DNA from: Burkholderiales bacterium
Lineage (GTDB): Bacteria > Pseudomonadota > Gammaproteobacteria > Burkholderiales > Usitatibacteraceae
DNA: 64,000 bases
Direction of reading: 5' to 3'
NCBI GenBank assembly: GCA_031381925.1
Contig: JANMYH010000234.1
Coordinates: forward strand, 2,676 to 66,675
Of this stretch, positions 61,263 to 64,000 are shown one piece after another. Within the stretch, counting starts at the first letter, position 1. The number at the start of each line of letters is the position of its first letter. A program made the translations under genes and the position numbers. The notes under the pieces were generated by a model. That model was not told the origin of the DNA. It did no database searches and saw nothing but the letters and a program-made list of their open reading frames with translations.

Positions 61263-62080
61263 AGACGCTCAAGGGCAGGACTCTCTTCATCACCGGCGGC
61301 TCGCGCGGGATCGGGCGCGAAATCGCCCTGCGCGCGGCGAAGGACGGCGCCAACGTGGCGATCGCGGCGAAGACGGCCGAGCCGCATCCGAAGCTCGTCG
61401 GGACGATCCACAGCGTGGCCGAGGAAATCGAGGCCGCCGGCGGCAAGGCGCTTGCGATCCAGCTCGACGTGCGCGACGAGAATGCCGTGGTCGAGGCGAT
61501 CAACCGCACCGCGAGGGAATTCGGCGGGCTGGACATCCTCATCAACAACGCGAGCGCCATCAGCCTCACGCCGACGCTCGCCACGCCTGCAAAACGCTTC
61601 GACCTGATGCTCGGCGTGAACGCCCGCGGCACGTTCCTGTGCTCGCAGGCGGCGATCCCGCACCTGAAGAAATCCTCGAATGCGCACATCCTCACGTTGT
61701 CCCCGCCGATGGGGATGGACGCGAAGTGGTTCGCGGGCCACGTCGCCTACACCCTGTCCAAGTACGGCATGAGCATGTGCACGCTCGGCATGGCGGAGGA
61801 GTTTCGCGGCGACGGGATCGCGGTCAACTCTCTCTGGCCGCGCACCACGATCGCCACCGCGGCGGTCGAGGTGCACTTTCCGCCGGCGATCCTCCAGGCA
61901 AGCCGCCACGCGGCGATCATGGCCGACGCCGCGCACGCGATCCTCACGAGCGACGCCCGCGCGAACACCGGGAATTTCTACATCGACGAGGAAGTGCTGA
62001 AGCGCGCCGGGACGATGGATTTCTCGCGCTACGCGGTCACGCCCGGCGTGGAGCTGTTCCAGGACCTGTTTGTCGACTAG
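61259..62080 (+). CDS. short-chain dehydrogenase/reductase (HSDL2-like)
   Basis: 'LFITGGSRGIG', 'NNAS', 'YTLSKYG' (YxxxK). ATG overlaps the MFS stop (ATGA). Confidence 0.85.
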   Translation: MKTLKGRTLFITGGSRGIGREIALRAAKDGANVAIAAKTAEPHPKLVGTIHSVAEEIEAAGGKALAIQLDVRDENAVVEAINRTAREFGGLDILINNASAISLTPTLATPAKRFDLMLGVNARGTFLCSQAAIPHLKKSSNAHILTLSPPMGMDAKWFAGHVAYTLSKYGMSMCTLGMAEEFRGDGIAVNSLWPRTTIATAAVEVHFPPAILQASRHAAIMADAAHAILTSDARANTGNFYIDEEVLKRAGTMDFSRYAVTPGVELFQDLFVD

Positions 62081-62086
62081 GAACCC

Positions 62087-62314
62087 TCAACGCTTCTTCA
62101 TGAAGAACGTATATTCCGGCCCGTCGGAGTGAGATAGCAGCTCGTTGCCGGTCTGCTTGCAGAACGCCTGGAAATCCTTGACCGAGCCCGGGTCGGTCGC
62201 CATCACCTTGAGCACCTGGCCGGCCGTGAGGTCTCCCAGGGTCTTCTTGGCTCTCAGGATGGGCAGCGGGCAGTTGAGCCCGCGGACGTCGAGTTCGCGA
62301 TCGAAAGCTTGCAT
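62087..62314 (-). CDS. TusA-family sulfurtransferase
   Basis: 75 codons from ATG 62314 (GGAGA RBS). 'LDVRGLNCPLPILRAKKTL' is the TusA active-site Cys motif. The longer track ORF is a GC-rich upstream extension. Confidence 0.75.
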   Translation of the reverse strand: MQAFDRELDVRGLNCPLPILRAKKTLGDLTAGQVLKVMATDPGSVKDFQAFCKQTGNELLSHSDGPEYTFFMKKR

Positions 62315-62460
62315 CAGGTTCTCCGGAGGCGCGAATTTTAACATGCGGGCCACGCCGAGCGACGCCTTCGCCGGGCGGGTCGACTGGGCGAGCGTGATCC
62401 TGGCGACGGTGGCATCCGTGGCGCTCGCCTCGCGGGGCTGGCCCTCTGGGCCCTGGGCCA

Positions 62461-62940
62461 TCAGGCCGCGACGTAGGTTCCGGACTTTCCGCCGCGCTTC
62501 TCGAGCAGGCGAATGCCTTCCATCGTCATGCCTCGATCCACCGCCTTGCACATGTCGTAGATCGTAAGGAGCGCGATCTGCACGGCGGCGAGCGCCTCCA
62601 TCTCGACACCGGTGCGCGCGGTGCACTCGACGGTGGCGCGGCACTCGATGCGCGAGTGCGGCTCATCGATCGCGAACTCGATTCCCACCGAGGTGAGCGC
62701 GACCGGGTGGCAGAGGGGGACGAGATCGGCGGTTCGCTTGGCGGCCTGGATACCGGCGATGCGTGCGACACCCAGGACATCGCCTTTCTTCGCGGTGCCC
62801 GCCCTGACCAGCGCGAGAGTCGCCGGCAACATGCGGATCGATCCCCCCGCGACCGCCACGCGATGGGTCTCGGCCTTGGCGGCCACGTCAACCATGCGCG
62901 CGGCGCCGCGTTCGTCGAAATGGGTGAGTTTTTCCGTCAT
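62461..62940 (-). CDS. moaC: cyclic pyranopterin monophosphate synthase
   Basis: '[15 protein letters not shown]', '[28 protein letters not shown]', '[24 protein letters not shown]'. Confidence 0.9.
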   Translation of the reverse strand: MTEKLTHFDERGAARMVDVAAKAETHRVAVAGGSIRMLPATLALVRAGTAKKGDVLGVARIAGIQAAKRTADLVPLCHPVALTSVGIEFAIDEPHSRIECRATVECTARTGVEMEALAAVQIALLTIYDMCKAVDRGMTMEGIRLLEKRGGKSGTYVAA

Positions 62941-63017
62941 AATTGGCCATCGGATTGCCCGTCGAACCTTCCCGCGGGCCTGGCCGTCATAGTAGCAGTT
63001 CGCCTAGGCCGCCCCCC

Positions 63018-64000
63018 TTGAACATACGCGCTCCCCTCGCCCTTCTCCTCTGCCTGCAGCTCTCCACCGGAGCCGCACAGGGCCTGCCTGACCTCGGCGA
63101 TGCGTCGGCGGCGGCCTTGTCGGAGACGCAGGAGCGCACCATCGGCAACCGCATCATGCGGGAGGTGCGCATCGACCCGCTGTACGTGGACGACCCCGAT
63201 GTCGCCGATTACGTCGCGTCGCTCGGCTCGCGGCTGCTCGCCGGCTCCGACGGGCCGCGGCGCGACCTGAGCTTTTTCGTGGTGCAGGACGACTCGGTCA
63301 ACGCGTTTGCGCTCGTCGGCGGGCACATCGGGGTGCACACGGGCCTGCTCACGCTGACACAGAACGAAAGCGAGCTCGCCGGCGTGATGGCACACGAGAT
63401 CGCGCACATCATTCAACGCCACCAGGCGCGCGCGATCCACGGGCAGAGCCGCGCGCAGTGGACGTCGCTCGCCGCGCTCGCGCTCGCGATCCTCGCCTCG
63501 CGCGGCGCCTCCAGCAGCCAGAGCGGCCAGGTGACCGAGGCCGCGATAGCGGGCATGAGCGCCTTCCAGATGCAGAACATGCTCGACTACACCCGCGAGC
63601 ACGAACGCGAGGCCGATCGCGTGGGGCTCACGTTCCTGGAGCGACCCGGGTTCGACCCGCGCGGCCTGGGCTCCTTCTTCGAGCGCCTGCTGCGCGCCAA
63701 CCGCCTGAACGAGTTCAAGGGCGCGCCGTCGTACCTGCGCACCCACCCGCTCACCACCGAGCGCATCGCGGACCTGCAGGATCGCCTGCAGGCGGCGCCG
63801 CCGCGCCTCGTGCCGGATTCCTTCGAGTACCGCCTCGCGCGCGCCAAGCTGCGTGCGGCCGCGGGATCGGTCACCGAGTCGGTGACCCTGTTTCGCTCGA
63901 TGCTCGCCGACGCGACCGTCGTGCGCCCGCGCGAAGACGTCTTCGGCATGGCGCTGGCATTGCGCCGCGCGCGCGACTTCGACGGGGCGTGGAAGACGCT
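63018..64000 (+). CDS. bepA: M48-family periplasmic metalloprotease, BepA/YfgC-like; 3' end beyond window
   Basis: Absent from the track (open to the right edge). Hand translation from TTG 63018 gives signal peptide 'NIRAPLALLLCLQLSTGAAQG', then 'LPDLGDASAAALSETQERTIGNRIMREV', zinc motif 'MAHEIAHIIQRH', 'EREADRVG', 'LRTHPLTTERI'. Confidence 0.75.
   Translation, partial: MNIRAPLALLLCLQLSTGAAQGLPDLGDASAAALSETQERTIGNRIMREVRIDPLYVDDPDVADYVASLGSRLLAGSDGPRRDLSFFVVQDDSVNAFALVGGHIGVHTGLLTLTQNESELAGVMAHEIAHIIQRHQARAIHGQSRAQWTSLAALALAILASRGASSSQSGQVTEAAIAGMSAFQMQNMLDYTREHEREADRVGLTFLERPGFDPRGLGSFFERLLRANRLNEFKGAPSYLRTHPLTTERIADLQDRLQAAPPRLVPDSFEYRLARAKLRAAAGSVTESVTLFRSMLADATVVRPREDVFGMALALRRARDFDGAWKT

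Noticed and set aside
1-64000. CRISPR arrays, rRNA, insertion sequences
   Set aside because: I saw no regularly spaced direct repeats, no rRNA-like conserved segments and no transposase-like ORFs while reading either strand.

Overview
GC-rich proteobacterial chromosome segment. The lptF<>pepA-holC-valS gene order and two Bug/TctC binding proteins suggest a betaproteobacterium (inference only). Positions 1-35839 form one large Wzx/Wzy-type extracellular polysaccharide locus. Its core is an initiating phosphoglycosyl transferase, a Wza-like exporter, a Wzz/GumC-type co-polymerase, a catalytically degenerate BY-kinase-like protein, a Wzy/O-antigen-ligase-like polymerase, two Wzx flippases, five glycosyltransferases (plus a GT2 remnant) and CDP-hexose genes (rfbF and a 4,6-dehydratase-like gene). 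Its tailoring set is unusual: a B12-binding radical SAM enzyme, a SPASM radical SAM enzyme, a carbamoyltransferase with SxtJ/SxtK-like membrane partners, four membrane-anchored SGNH hydrolase paralogs, two methyltransferases, an Asp/Asn beta-hydroxylase-family oxygenase, a class III aminotransferase with a NeuD-type acyltransferase, a monothiol thioredoxin-like protein and a GH43-like lipoprotein. Downstream come a GNAT, secreted unknowns, a lipoprotein NirK-cytochrome c fusion and a Bug binding protein. Next is a GntR-headed operon joining two-subunit aconitase X, a split ComDE-like TPP decarboxylase, a GMC flavoprotein and a Bug binding protein, divergent from a TauABC-like importer and SulP. 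The window ends with tRNA-Ser(GGA) and housekeeping genes: lptF, pepA, holC, valS, an MFS transporter, an SDR, a TusA-like protein, moaC and a partial bepA-like gene. I saw no CRISPR array, transposase, integrase or phage genes. Many long Arg/Ala/Gly-rich ORFs in the track are antisense shadows of real genes. Two edge-truncated genes and one 50-codon gene are missing from the track and were translated by hand. All family assignments rest on motifs I recognise by eye; no database search was run.
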